64,000 nt of DNA from Candidatus Micrarchaeota archaeon (lineage in GTDB: Archaea > Micrarchaeota > Micrarchaeia > Norongarragalinales > Norongarragalinaceae): NCBI GenBank assembly GCA_016207165.1, contig JACQQD010000012.1, forward strand, positions 69,803 through 133,802, read 5' to 3'. Each line of letters opens with the position of its first letter. The stretch's first letter is position 1. The position numbers and the translations under genes were made by a program. Positions 8,342 to 17,850 of the stretch are shown piece after piece. The notes under the pieces are model-generated. The model saw nothing but the letters and a program-made list of their open reading frames with translations. It did not search any database and was not told where the DNA came from.

Positions 8342-9321
8342 ACGCCTCCAAGACCCTGCACCCGGCGTTGTTTGACAAACCGGAAAAGAAAGCCACGCGC
8401 GACGCCTTCGGCGAAGCGCTTTTGGAGTTGGGGAAACAAAATCCAAACGTCGTGGCGCTCACCGCGGATTTGGGCGAGTCGGTGCGCACAGCGGCCTTTG
8501 AGAAAGCCTTTCCGGAACGGTTCTTCGAGGTCGGCATCTGCGAGCAATTCATGATGGCCGCCGCCGCGGGATTGGCGTTGGAAGGAAAGATTCCGTTTGC
8601 CACCACGTTTGCCAACTTCGGTTCCGGGCGCGTGTACGACCACGTGCGGCAAAGCGTGTGCTACAACCGCGCCAACGTCAAGATCGCCGTCACCCACGCC
8701 GGATTGACTCTGGGGGAGGACGGCGCCACGCACCAAATGTTGGAAGACTTGGGCATGATGCGAACGCTTCCGCACATGACGGTGGTCAACCCCTGCGACT
8801 TTATCGAGACAAGGAAAGCCACGTTCGCAGTTGCAACTTGGAAAGGGCCATGCTATTTGCGCATGGGCCGAAGCGGCGTGCCCATGATCACTACCGAGCA
8901 AACGCCTTTTGAAATCGGGAAATCCAACGTGCTTCTGGAAGGCTCCGACGCGTCCATTGCCGCGTGCGGCGTGATGGTCTATCCCGCGTTGGTGGCCGCC
9001 AAGGAACTGGAGGAAAAACACAAGATATCCGTGGAGGTCGTCAACCACCACACCTTGAAGCCGTTTGACGCCAAACAATTGGTCAAATCCGCGAAAAAGT
9101 GCGGGGCACTGGTGACCGCGGAAGAACACCAGCGCACTTCAGGTTTGCGCGCCGCGTGCGCGGAAGTCTTGTCCGAAAGCCTTCCGACGCCCATCCAGTA
9201 CGTGGCCGTGGAGGATTCGTTTGGCGAGTCCGGCAAGCCCGACCAGCTTTTAGAAAAGTACGGCTTGACTACCGCCAGCATCGTCAAAAAGGCGCTGGCC
9301 GCCGTGAAGATGAAAAAATAG
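8338..9321 (+). CDS. tkt: Transketolase, C-terminal subunit
   Basis: ATRDAFG, ADL, GICEQ, GEDGATHQ, AEEH; GTGA overlap with preceding stop. Confidence 0.95.
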   Translation: MNASKTLHPALFDKPEKKATRDAFGEALLELGKQNPNVVALTADLGESVRTAAFEKAFPERFFEVGICEQFMMAAAAGLALEGKIPFATTFANFGSGRVYDHVRQSVCYNRANVKIAVTHAGLTLGEDGATHQMLEDLGMMRTLPHMTVVNPCDFIETRKATFAVATWKGPCYLRMGRSGVPMITTEQTPFEIGKSNVLLEGSDASIAACGVMVYPALVAAKELEEKHKISVEVVNHHTLKPFDAKQLVKSAKKCGALVTAEEHQRTSGLRAACAEVLSESLPTPIQYVAVEDSFGESGKPDQLLEKYGLTTASIVKKALAAVKMKK

Positions 9322-9367
9322 CTGCACCGGGCAACAAGCATATAACGGCGGAATACGACGTTTTTCC

Positions 9368-9964
9368 ATGCACTCGTGGGTCGCAAAAGCACGGGAAAAC
9401 CTATTTGGCCTAAGGATGCTGGGAGAAAAAGTTGACGCGGAAAGCCGGCGGGTAGCCCGAGAATTGACCTTGCAGTCCGGCCGACCGTTGGGCGAGGCGG
9501 TGCGTTGGTGGCTGCGTCTGCAAGGAGTACAGAAAATCGGGGAGCTGCCTTTCCACGGGCTCCCGAAAGAGATCAGGGAAATTGTTGAATCCGCCGTATT
9601 CGAGCGCGTGAGACGGAACAAAATGGCGCTGGTCGGCGGAGCTGGAATCGCGGCGGGAAAGGCGTTGACCGCAATGGAGCCGACGGGGCCATATCTTGAA
9701 CTGGGGGCATTAAGCGGCGCATTGGCGGCCGTGGAATCCCCGGAAGCGCACCGACGGTACCAGGCCCGCGTAAGGGAACTTGGCGATACACTGCGAAAGC
9801 ATGAGCAGGAACTAGAACGGCATGGAATCGTGCTCGGCGATTACACGCATGTTGCCATCGGCGGGTATGGCGACGTGTACCTTCTGCGGGAAAACCCCAA
9901 AACTCCGGTGCAGCGCGCGTTTCGAAGCCAACCACTGCGCACGTACGTGGCACGGATTAAATAA
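9368..9964 (+). CDS. Hypothetical protein
   Basis: 198-aa Arg-rich ORF filling the gap; no motif recognised. Confidence 0.6.
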   Translation: MHSWVAKARENLFGLRMLGEKVDAESRRVARELTLQSGRPLGEAVRWWLRLQGVQKIGELPFHGLPKEIREIVESAVFERVRRNKMALVGGAGIAAGKALTAMEPTGPYLELGALSGALAAVESPEAHRRYQARVRELGDTLRKHEQELERHGIVLGDYTHVAIGGYGDVYLLRENPKTPVQRAFRSQPLRTYVARIK

Positions 9965-9987
9965 GCCTTGATTCTTCCAAAGCATGC

Positions 9988-10980
9988 ATGGAAAGAAAGA
10001 CGGCGCTGTACATCGGTTCGTGCACCGTGGACGTGAACGCCACGTCCTGCTTCATCCAGCCGCGCATGCGGACGCACCACCGGCACACCGAAAAATTCGT
10101 GGAATTGTCTTTCGCGTCCAAGACTTCGTTGGACGACGTTTCCGTGACTACCGGGGGCTCGGCCGCCAATTCGGCGTACACCACGAAAGTATTGGGCTCC
10201 AACGTGGACCTGGTTTGCGCGGTGGGCGATGACTTGTTCGGAGACTTGGTGTTGGACGACTTCAAAAAGTCGTATATTCCGACGCGTCACATCCAGCGAT
10301 TCAAAGGAAAAAAGACGGCGGTGGGCATCAATTTGCTGTGCGAATCCGGTGAAAAAACCAATTTGGTGTTCAAGGGGGCGACGGACGCGTTGGAGGCGAC
10401 GGCCTTGCCGGAATCCAGCGTCAAGGCGGCGGACATCGTGGTGTGCACGTCGCTTTCAAGCCCCGCGAATTTTCGGCTGTTCGAAAAAGCCTTGCATTTC
10501 GCGCGGTGGCACCAAAAACCTTTCGTGTTCGCGCCGTCCATTACCATGCTGCGCGCCCGGAAAACGGACCTCGACTCCATGCACGGCCATTTCGACGTCG
10601 TGGTCATGAACCACGAGGAAGCAGGCTACTACACCGGTTCTAAAAAGCCATTGGAGGCGTTGCACGAATTGCCTGGAAAACTCAACGTCATGACGTGGGA
10701 CGCCAACGGAACGTTCGTGGAATACGGCGGACTGCGACTGCACGTTCCCACCTTGAAAGTCGGCGTCAAGGACACGACGGGCGCGGGGGATTCGTTCACC
10801 GGCGCGCTGGTGCATGGCTTGTTGTCGCATGGCAACATCGTGAAAGCCGTCCAGTTGGCAACCGCCGTGGCGTGCCTGAACATCACGCAAGTCGGCGCCA
10901 AAGTGCAGGGTTCCAAAGCCGATATCCACGCGTTTTTTGGAAAAAGCCTCTCCAAACTCAAACCCAAAAAAGTTCGGTAA
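9988..10980 (+). CDS. PfkB/ribokinase-family carbohydrate kinase
   Basis: GGSAAN, VGDDLFG, N..E, DTTGAGDSFTG signatures. Confidence 0.92.
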   Translation: MERKTALYIGSCTVDVNATSCFIQPRMRTHHRHTEKFVELSFASKTSLDDVSVTTGGSAANSAYTTKVLGSNVDLVCAVGDDLFGDLVLDDFKKSYIPTRHIQRFKGKKTAVGINLLCESGEKTNLVFKGATDALEATALPESSVKAADIVVCTSLSSPANFRLFEKALHFARWHQKPFVFAPSITMLRARKTDLDSMHGHFDVVVMNHEEAGYYTGSKKPLEALHELPGKLNVMTWDANGTFVEYGGLRLHVPTLKVGVKDTTGAGDSFTGALVHGLLSHGNIVKAVQLATAVACLNITQVGAKVQGSKADIHAFFGKSLSKLKPKKVR

Positions 10981-10992
10981 CCGGTTGTAAAC

Positions 10993-11853
10993 ATGGCGTG
11001 GTTCTTGTTCGCCTTGGTTTCGGCGGCCGCGCACGCGGGATACAATTTGTCCAGCAAGCAACTGGTGTCTAAAGTGGACCCCTACGTCGTGGCGGCGTTG
11101 GTGGCAAGCGTTGCCGCGTTTTTTTCGTGGGCCGTCGTCTTGGCTACAGGCATTCCGGCCTTGGGAGAAAAGTTCTGGATGGCGCTGGGAATTGAAGTCG
11201 TCATTGAATCCTTGGCACTGGGTTTTTACTTGAAGGCGCTGGAAAAAACGGATGTGTCGCTGGCCGTACCGCTCTTGGCGCTCACGCCGGCACTTCTTTT
11301 GGTGACCAGTCCCGTGATTACAGGCGAATCCATTTCAAGCCAAGGCGTGCTGGGAGTGGGTTTGGCGGTGGTCGGCACGTACGTGTTGGCCATGGATCCA
11401 AAGCACAAAGGACTGCTATCCCCGTTTTCCCGCTTGGCGTCGGACAGCGGCATGCGGTGGATGCTCTTGACGGCGATGATGTACAGCCTCACCGCCAATT
11501 ACTACAAACTCGTCGTGGTCAACTCCAATGCCGTGCTTACTTCCGCGGTGCTTGAATCCAGCGCCGCCCTGGTTTTTTCAGCCGTGGCATTGATTGAAGC
11601 CAAACGCTGGAAGCCCGCCAAAAAAATGATTCGCACCGTGGCCGCCAGCGGCTTTTTGGCAAGCCTGGGCGGCATCGCGTTGGCAACTGCGTTGACCACC
11701 GGCTTGACGCCCTTGGTCATCTCGATTCGGCGGTTGAGCATTCCGGCCACCGTGCTCTTGGGTCACCGCGTTCTAAGCGAAGGACAATTCAGGCAACGCA
11801 TGCTGGCGTCCCTGATTCTGGTGGCCGGAGCCGTCCTGATTCTGACGGCCTGA
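10993..11853 (+). CDS. EamA/DMT-family transporter
   Basis: About 10 TM helices in two repeats; DVSLAVPLLALTP. Confidence 0.85.
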   Translation: MAWFLFALVSAAAHAGYNLSSKQLVSKVDPYVVAALVASVAAFFSWAVVLATGIPALGEKFWMALGIEVVIESLALGFYLKALEKTDVSLAVPLLALTPALLLVTSPVITGESISSQGVLGVGLAVVGTYVLAMDPKHKGLLSPFSRLASDSGMRWMLLTAMMYSLTANYYKLVVVNSNAVLTSAVLESSAALVFSAVALIEAKRWKPAKKMIRTVAASGFLASLGGIALATALTTGLTPLVISIRRLSIPATVLLGHRVLSEGQFRQRMLASLILVAGAVLILTA

Positions 11854-11933
11854 AATCGTTCGACGGGTACGCAGGTCTTGAAATGCAAAGAAGTAAAAAA
11901 CGGCATGCCAATCCGTTTGCTTGCTGAAGCACA

Positions 11934-13022
11934 ATGACACGGTCGGGACCCAGACTCAGCGTTGAACACCAACAGCGGATGCGGGAAGTGTTCGCTGGCC
12001 TGTCGGATGACGCCCGCCGCGACTGGGTGGACAGTCGCAACCCCATCCTGTATCCGACGCATCTTAAATTGGACGCTCCCCTGCTAACTCGGCGGCTCCA
12101 GCTGGCGTACGATTTATCCAGACGACACGGCGTCCCGCTTGAAGTCAGCGACGTTCGGCCCCATCTCCTCTTGAATGACGAAGCATTCCAACAAGCCATT
12201 CGGGGGACGATTGGCTTGGCCAATTCAGCCAGGTATAAGCCCGTAAGCCGGCATCCTACACTTTCACGAATTCGACAACGAACGGAAGAAGGATATGAGC
12301 CCAAGAAAACCAGGACCCAAGTCGTCATGCCCGACGCTTCATTGGCATACAACGAATTGCTTGAATACGCCGAATTGGACGACAAACAGCGGTTGGCTGC
12401 CGAGTGCATCGTGCGAGGATTCAAGCCGGAGTACATTCACGGCTTGTTGACGGAACGGATGAACCGGGAACCGTTTGACTTGAATTATTTTAAGCGGGTC
12501 CTAATTCCGGGGGTCGGAGAAAAACTGCGGGCCCGCGTGGTCCTGCTCATGGCCAAAAAGGGGTACCGTTGGATGGACGCCATCCGAGTGGCGCGAGGAC
12601 AAAAAAAGGCTAAGCGTTATTCGGGAAGCCTGCCGTTGGCGTGGGCGCTCATGAAAGGAAAAACCCGGCACGTCGAAGCCCTGTTTCATGCCGCGAGTCT
12701 AAGTCCCATGGAGGAATACACGGCCTGGCTTCGAATCGTTGGCGCAACTCAAGAAGAAATCATCAAGCATTTCAAGGAGGATTTGGGCCGAAGGGCTTCA
12801 CGAAGCTCCATATCACAGAATATCCGCCGTGCCAACGACAAAATCATTGACTTGCTTTACCAGCACGATATCTACGTCACAAGTCAAGTGGACGAAAACA
12901 CGGAAGGATTCAAAATTCCACGATTGGTGAACTTGGCATGCCATCTTCTTCGGGAAAAATATGGCGACACGCCGTTCCGGGTCTTACCAGGCTTAGGGCG
13001 ACAAGCCAATCACGCGGAATAG
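11934..13022 (+). CDS. Hypothetical protein with two tandem HTH-like (sigma70 region 4/LuxR-like) segments
   Basis: Internal similarity between AELDDKQRLAAECIVRG..E.I and ASLSPMEEYTAWLRIVGATQEEI...SRSSISQNIRRANDKI. Confidence 0.55.
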   Translation: MTRSGPRLSVEHQQRMREVFAGLSDDARRDWVDSRNPILYPTHLKLDAPLLTRRLQLAYDLSRRHGVPLEVSDVRPHLLLNDEAFQQAIRGTIGLANSARYKPVSRHPTLSRIRQRTEEGYEPKKTRTQVVMPDASLAYNELLEYAELDDKQRLAAECIVRGFKPEYIHGLLTERMNREPFDLNYFKRVLIPGVGEKLRARVVLLMAKKGYRWMDAIRVARGQKKAKRYSGSLPLAWALMKGKTRHVEALFHAASLSPMEEYTAWLRIVGATQEEIIKHFKEDLGRRASRSSISQNIRRANDKIIDLLYQHDIYVTSQVDENTEGFKIPRLVNLACHLLREKYGDTPFRVLPGLGRQANHAE

Positions 13023-13712
13023 GAGTAGCAACCCGACCAAAACGGGTTGGTGGACGAGGTATACGGCCAAGGCGTTTTTCCCAAGGAAATCAAGCGCGTC
13101 GAACAAGGCGTGGGCGGGCCGGGGTGAAGGAATCCGCGTAAAGGGGTTCATGGTTTGCGCCATGAAAATGCCAAGCAGAACGATGCCAAACCAAGGAATC
13201 AAGGGGTAATAGTCCAACGTATAGAATCCGGCGGGCGGCAAGCCCAGCCACAAGAAAAGCGGCGTGTCTGGGCGGGCAAGGCCAGAAAGCCAGAACCCCA
13301 GTGCCACCACCAATGCGGCCAGCCCTAAATTCAGCCATGCGGGAAGTTCCGTGAAGAAATAGCCGATCAAAACGGCGACGGCAATGAAGTGGATGATTCC
13401 AAAAACAATGGCGCCTTTTCCCGGATAAATCGAAGTGGCCAGGGTGATGAGCAAAGCGATTCCGGCCAAAGCCAGCACGCGTTGGAGGTTCTTGGAAAGC
13501 GGGACCCCCCGGATTTTGGAGAGGAGCAAAGACACGCCCACCAGGCTCAAAAACATGAAGGCGATGACGCGTTGGAAGACGAGAAAAAAGCCCGTCGAAA
13601 AATCGATTTGGATAAAACCCAAGTAGTTCAAATCGAAGAAGAAATGGTAGGCGATCATGAGCGCCACCGCCAATCCGCGGGTGACGTCGACTTCCCAGAA
13701 TCGCTTTTTCAT
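12993..13712 (-). CDS. DUF1624 / heparan-alpha-glucosaminide N-acetyltransferase-like membrane protein
   Basis: RFWEVD..RGLAVALMI.YH, DYYPLIPWFG, GKNAL.VYLVHQP motifs. Confidence 0.88.
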   Translation of the reverse strand: MKKRFWEVDVTRGLAVALMIAYHFFFDLNYLGFIQIDFSTGFFLVFQRVIAFMFLSLVGVSLLLSKIRGVPLSKNLQRVLALAGIALLITLATSIYPGKGAIVFGIIHFIAVAVLIGYFFTELPAWLNLGLAALVVALGFWLSGLARPDTPLFLWLGLPPAGFYTLDYYPLIPWFGIVLLGIFMAQTMNPFTRIPSPRPAHALFDALDFLGKNALAVYLVHQPVLVGLLLLFRVIGLSP

Positions 13713-13770
13713 ATGCGACAGGTCAGGGAGCGCAACGCATTAAATGCGCCGGGTTTACACCATAAAATCC

Positions 13771-14190
13771 ATGCAGTACCGAAAAGACGAAAACGGGTTC
13801 GTGGTGGTCTTGGAGAAAGGCGAAAAGGTGGTGGAGAGCCTGAACGCCTTCTTCAAGAAGGAGGGCATCCGCGGAGGGCTCGTTTCCGGCATTGGGGCGT
13901 TGGACCAAGCGGAACTGATGAGCTACGATGTTGAGGCCAAAAGGTACGTTTCGAAAATCTTTCAAGGCGAGTTCGAGTTGTGCGCGTTGGCGGGCAACGT
14001 GACGGAAAAAGGCTTGCACGCGCACGTGACTCTGGCGGGCGTCATGGGGAAGAATGAAACGTGTTTCGGCGGCCACTTAAAAGAAGGCCGCGTCCTGGTG
14101 ACCGGAGAGTTCTTCGTGATCCCATTTGCATCCATCCGGAAAGAGTACCGCCCCGCCATGGGCTTAGACGTGATGGACCTGAATGGCTAG
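13771..14190 (+). CDS. PPC domain (DUF296) protein
   Basis: GIGAL, FELCALAGNV, HAHVTL, GGHL motifs. Confidence 0.9.
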   Translation: MQYRKDENGFVVVLEKGEKVVESLNAFFKKEGIRGGLVSGIGALDQAELMSYDVEAKRYVSKIFQGEFELCALAGNVTEKGLHAHVTLAGVMGKNETCFGGHLKEGRVLVTGEFFVIPFASIRKEYRPAMGLDVMDLNG

Positions 14191-14561
14191 TTCATGTTTT
14201 TGAGGTATTCCAGCGTCACGCTGTAGACGAACGCGAGGATGCCCACCATGATGGCCAGCACTCCGTTGGCGCTGGTGGGTCGGTTGGTGACCGTCAGAAA
14301 ACCCAGGATCAAGATGACCACGGCAAAGGCGGCCACCAGCGTGATGCGGGCGGCTTTGCCAGCCAAAAGCTCGGTGCGCTCATCGCTTTTGATGACGTCC
14401 TTGGACATGACTTCCCGCCAGACGTAAAGGCCTCCGGCAATCAGCAAGCCGAACAAGAGAACGGAGAACGCCAACGGGTCCAGGTCGTAGCGGGACACGT
14501 AGACTTGGTACAGGACCAAGGTGAAGACCGCGGAGATGAGGATGTTTCGGATTCGCACCAT
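14187..14561 (-). CDS. DUF2178-like membrane protein
   Basis: 4 TM helices with central DERT....KAAR.T motif; directly downstream of Xre gene. Confidence 0.75.
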   Translation of the reverse strand: MVRIRNILISAVFTLVLYQVYVSRYDLDPLAFSVLLFGLLIAGGLYVWREVMSKDVIKSDERTELLAGKAARITLVAAFAVVILILGFLTVTNRPTSANGVLAIMVGILAFVYSVTLEYLKNMN

Positions 14562-14563
14562 TG

Positions 14564-14752
14564 TTACGCCTCAAATATCTTTTCAATGGGCTCCTTAAAA
14601 ATGTGCGATAACTTGAAGGCCAACTCCAAAGACGGGTTGTACTTGCCGTTTTCTATAGCCAGAATGGTTTGGCGCGTCACGCCGGCTTTGCGCGCCAAGT
14701 CGTCCTGCGTCATTTTCTCGCGGGCACGCAATTCGCGCAAGTGGTTCTGCAT
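14564..14752 (-). CDS. Xre/Cro-C1 HTH transcriptional regulator
   Basis: N.LRELR...MTQDDLA...GVTRQTI.AIE.GKYNPSLELAFK. Confidence 0.93.
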   Translation of the reverse strand: MQNHLRELRAREKMTQDDLARKAGVTRQTILAIENGKYNPSLELAFKLSHIFKEPIEKIFEA

Positions 14753-14770
14753 GTAAAACATTATTTACAT
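14751..14770. promoter_or_regulatory. Operator palindrome ATGTAAA-N6-TTTACAT (copy 1), between TATA box and start codon of the Xre gene
   Basis: ATGTAAAACATTATTTACAT; minus-strand TTAAATA about 25 nt upstream of the ATG. Confidence 0.8.
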
Positions 14771-14798
14771 GGACTATTTAAGGCGTTGCAATTTCTGG

Positions 14799-14892
14799 AA
14801 AAAATGAAGTCGGGGTCCGCCAACCGGCGGCCCCGAAGTTCGTCGAGGGGTTCTTTCGTATCAGGGAGGGCCCGTGAAAACCCAACCCCGAT
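14799..14892 (-). ncRNA. Candidate structured small RNA under Xre operator control
   Basis: Minus-strand TTTATATA box upstream, two GC-rich stem-loops, ends in U6, no start codon. Confidence 0.45.
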
Positions 14893-14931
14893 GTAAAGTA
14901 TATTTTACATTATGTATATAAAGCTTTACAT
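14891..14931. promoter_or_regulatory. Tandem operator palindromes (copies 2 and 3) overlapping a TATA box
   Basis: ATGTAAAGTATATTTTACAT (14891-14910) and ATGTATATAAAGCTTTACAT (14912-14931). Confidence 0.8.
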
Positions 14932-15133
14932 TTGCGGCCGGGGCCATTGAACCCGCATAGAGCCTCAATTCCACAAAAAAGAAGAAAAACACGCCGACTC
15001 GTACAAGTCAGTTAGAGGGTGGGAGCCTATGGAAAAAAGACCTTACCAACACGCTGAAGAGTTGGGCTTGGGCGAGTAAAGCGCCACGCTAGAGTCCCGG
15101 GCACACGGATTCGTGGGCAACGGACAAGAAAAT

Positions 15134-17020
15134 TCAACGCAACCGAATGGAATCCAGGTTCATGGGTGCGCGGGTTTCGATGCGCATCATTCGGTTGACG
15201 GTGCGGGCGAACTCGTCGGTTTTGGCTTCGTCGCCGTGCATGGTGAACACGCGTTGCGGCCGGGGACGAAGGTTCCGCAGGAACGCCAGCAATTGGCTTC
15301 GATCGGAATGCCCGGAGTAGCCGTCGATGGTGTGCACTTGCATGTTGACTTTAAGTGCGTCGAGTTTCTGGCGCTCGTTTAAGATCGGCACTTCCCGTTC
15401 GCCGGACTGGATGCGGCGTCCCAGGGTCATGGCGCCTTGGTAGCCGACGAACAAAAGCGCGTTTTTGGGGTCGTGCGCCATCATCTTGAGGTACTCCACG
15501 GAAGAACCGCCGGACAACATGCCGGAAGGAGCCAAAATCACGCAGGGTTCCTCGCTTTCGACAATGGCTTTGCGTTCTTTGGACGTGGCGTGCTTGAACA
15601 TGGGATTGTCAAACGGCGAATTGTTTTGCAGAATCCGGCGCTGGACGTTGCGTCGCAGGTATTCGGGGTAAACGGTGTGGATGGCCGAGGCCTCTTTGGA
15701 CATGCCGTCGATGAACACGGGAATGTTTTCCTGTTGCAAGCGGTTTTCCAGCGACACCATGAGTTCTTGGGCTCGGCCGACGGCGAACACGGGAATCAAT
15801 ACTTTGCCGCGGTTGGCGGTGACTTCCCGCACCGTCTGCGCAATGCGTTCCTCGCATTCGTCGTACCTTGGCAGAAGGTCGTTCTTGCCGCCGTACGTGG
15901 ACTCAATCAAGAGCGTTTCGATGCGGGGAAAGCGCGTCTCCGCAGGATCAAGCAGGCTTGTTCGGCCGTATTTGATGTCGGCGGTAAAGACCAAATTGTG
16001 CAGGCCTTCGCCGATGTGCAAGTGCACTTGCGCGGAGCCCAGGATGTGGCCGGCGTTGTGGAACGTGAAGCGGACTTCGGGAGTCACGTCGGTGACTTCG
16101 CCGTAATCGCGCACGATCATGTGGTTGAGTTGTTTCTTGATGTCTTTTTCGCCGTACGGACAGCCTTTTCCTTCGGCGTTCATGACTTTGAGGCAGTCTT
16201 GTTGAAGCAGGATGGACAAGTCGCGGGTGGGCGGCGTGCAATAGACGGGTCCGTCGTAGCCATACGCATACAGGTACGGCAAGAACCCGGAGTGGTCTAG
16301 GTGGGCGTGGCTCAAGATGACGGCGTCCAATTGCTCCAACGCCAGGTTCATGGCGTTGAGGTACGGGTACGCGCGGGTGGCGTCCGACGTGTCCGTGTTC
16401 ATGCCGCAATCCACCAACACGTTGCTTTTGGGGGTCTGCAACAGCATGCAGGTGCGCCCCACTTCCTTGAAGCCGCCCAGCATCGTGATTTTGATCCAGT
16501 CGCAGGACCCCGACGGCAGCACCATTTTTTTTCCTAACGTGTTGAGGAACTTCTTGCGCTGGTCCGACGAGGACAGCAAGGCGCTTCGGATGGCGCGCTC
16601 CGTTTCGCTGGGAGACGTCGGCGCGCGCAGGACGCGGGGCGACCAACCCGTGTTCAAGACGATTTGCTTCAACACGAGGCCGCCTTTGCCGATGACCAAA
16701 CCCGGTTTGAGGGCTTCAATGACGACTTCGTTGAAAACGGGGTCAAACCGCAATTCCTGCACGCCGGCATCGACGGGAACGATTTCCTTGATTTTGGCCT
16801 CCGCCGAGCTTGGGGCCATGAGTTCCGAGGAGTCCACGCGCAAGAGCACTTTCTTTCGTACTTTCGAGGCAATCTTGGTGATGAGGTGCTCGTCGGAGTA
16901 AAACGACTTGATGTTCTTGACGTAGATGACGACTTGGGGGCCTTCAAACTCGAGTTTAGTCAACTCGCAGTCCGGTGGCAGGACGCTTTGGACGGCGGCT
17001 TGCATTTCCTTGAGATCCAT
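15134..17020 (-). CDS. fttA: Beta-CASP ribonuclease aCPSF1 / transcription termination factor FttA
   Basis: N-terminal KH domains (KPGLVIGKGG), HAHLDH, AGHILG, ESTYG, YSGHSD; adjacent to psmB. Confidence 0.96.
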   Translation of the reverse strand: MDLKEMQAAVQSVLPPDCELTKLEFEGPQVVIYVKNIKSFYSDEHLITKIASKVRKKVLLRVDSSELMAPSSAEAKIKEIVPVDAGVQELRFDPVFNEVVIEALKPGLVIGKGGLVLKQIVLNTGWSPRVLRAPTSPSETERAIRSALLSSSDQRKKFLNTLGKKMVLPSGSCDWIKITMLGGFKEVGRTCMLLQTPKSNVLVDCGMNTDTSDATRAYPYLNAMNLALEQLDAVILSHAHLDHSGFLPYLYAYGYDGPVYCTPPTRDLSILLQQDCLKVMNAEGKGCPYGEKDIKKQLNHMIVRDYGEVTDVTPEVRFTFHNAGHILGSAQVHLHIGEGLHNLVFTADIKYGRTSLLDPAETRFPRIETLLIESTYGGKNDLLPRYDECEERIAQTVREVTANRGKVLIPVFAVGRAQELMVSLENRLQQENIPVFIDGMSKEASAIHTVYPEYLRRNVQRRILQNNSPFDNPMFKHATSKERKAIVESEEPCVILAPSGMLSGGSSVEYLKMMAHDPKNALLFVGYQGAMTLGRRIQSGEREVPILNERQKLDALKVNMQVHTIDGYSGHSDRSQLLAFLRNLRPRPQRVFTMHGDEAKTDEFARTVNRMMRIETRAPMNLDSIRLR

Positions 17021-17137
17021 GAAAAAATACCTTGAAAAAATAATCGCGATTCAAAACGGTTAACGGCCAAACGTTCTTTCCGAGCGCGGGAAAAAAATCA
17101 AATCGCGCAACGCTTCGCACACAAACACAGTCAACGC

Positions 17138-17764
17138 TTACGAGGACAATAGACCCGAAGCGGCCTGCATGGGCAGGCGCTTGACGCCTTCCGCTGTAAT
17201 GACCACGGCGTCGATGCCCTCGCCCGTGGCGGCATCCCGCTTCATGGCGGCGTGCACGGCCTTGGTGGCAATTTTGACGGCGTCCGCCTCGGACAGGTTT
17301 TCCTTGTAGTTGGCGTCCAAATACCCGTATGCCGTCACGGAGCCGGAACCAGTGGAAACGTAGTTTTCCTGGATGAGGCCGCCGAGGGGATCCAAGTCAA
17401 ACAATTGCGGCTGTTCGTCGTACCCCGCCACGATGAGTTGGACGAAGTAGGGAAAATACTTGTTGCCTTGCAGGATGTTGGACAAAAGCGTGGCCGCGCC
17501 TTTCACGGAAAGGGGCGCCCCCTTGTTGTGGTGGTACAATTGGAGTTCCGCGCGCATGACGCGCACCAGGGTTTGGGCGTCGCCGACGCTGCCTGCCAAC
17601 GTCAACGCCATGCGATCGGAAATGGGGTGGATCTTGTCCACGCCTTTTCCGGCAATGAAAAAGCCCATGGAGGCGCGTTTGTCAGCGGCCAAAATCACGC
17701 CGTCCTTGAAGACCAAACCCACAGTGGTGGTGCCTTTCAAGGGTTCCTTGTAAAAATCGGTCAT
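17138..17764 (-). CDS. psmB: Proteasome beta subunit
   Basis: Propeptide then G|TTTVG, AADKRAS, GSVGDAQ, TGSGS. Confidence 0.97.
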   Translation of the reverse strand: MTDFYKEPLKGTTTVGLVFKDGVILAADKRASMGFFIAGKGVDKIHPISDRMALTLAGSVGDAQTLVRVMRAELQLYHHNKGAPLSVKGAATLLSNILQGNKYFPYFVQLIVAGYDEQPQLFDLDPLGGLIQENYVSTGSGSVTAYGYLDANYKENLSEADAVKIATKAVHAAMKRDAATGEGIDAVVITAEGVKRLPMQAASGLLSS

Positions 17765-17850
17765 TGATGCGTTTACCTTTCAGGTAGCGGGTTAAGCTAC
17801 AGGATTGCTAACAGCAGTATGCTTCGGCAAAATATTTAAACGTATGTCTT

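Noticed and set aside
14843-14890. Hammerhead ribozyme (minus strand CUGAUAC-GAAA with a UUC triplet)
   Set aside because: Core is not CUGAnGA, stem II is absent and stem I does not close next to the core
15029-15079. 16-codon ORF MEKRPYQHAEELGLGE with purine-rich upstream sequence
   Set aside because: Too short to support without conservation data
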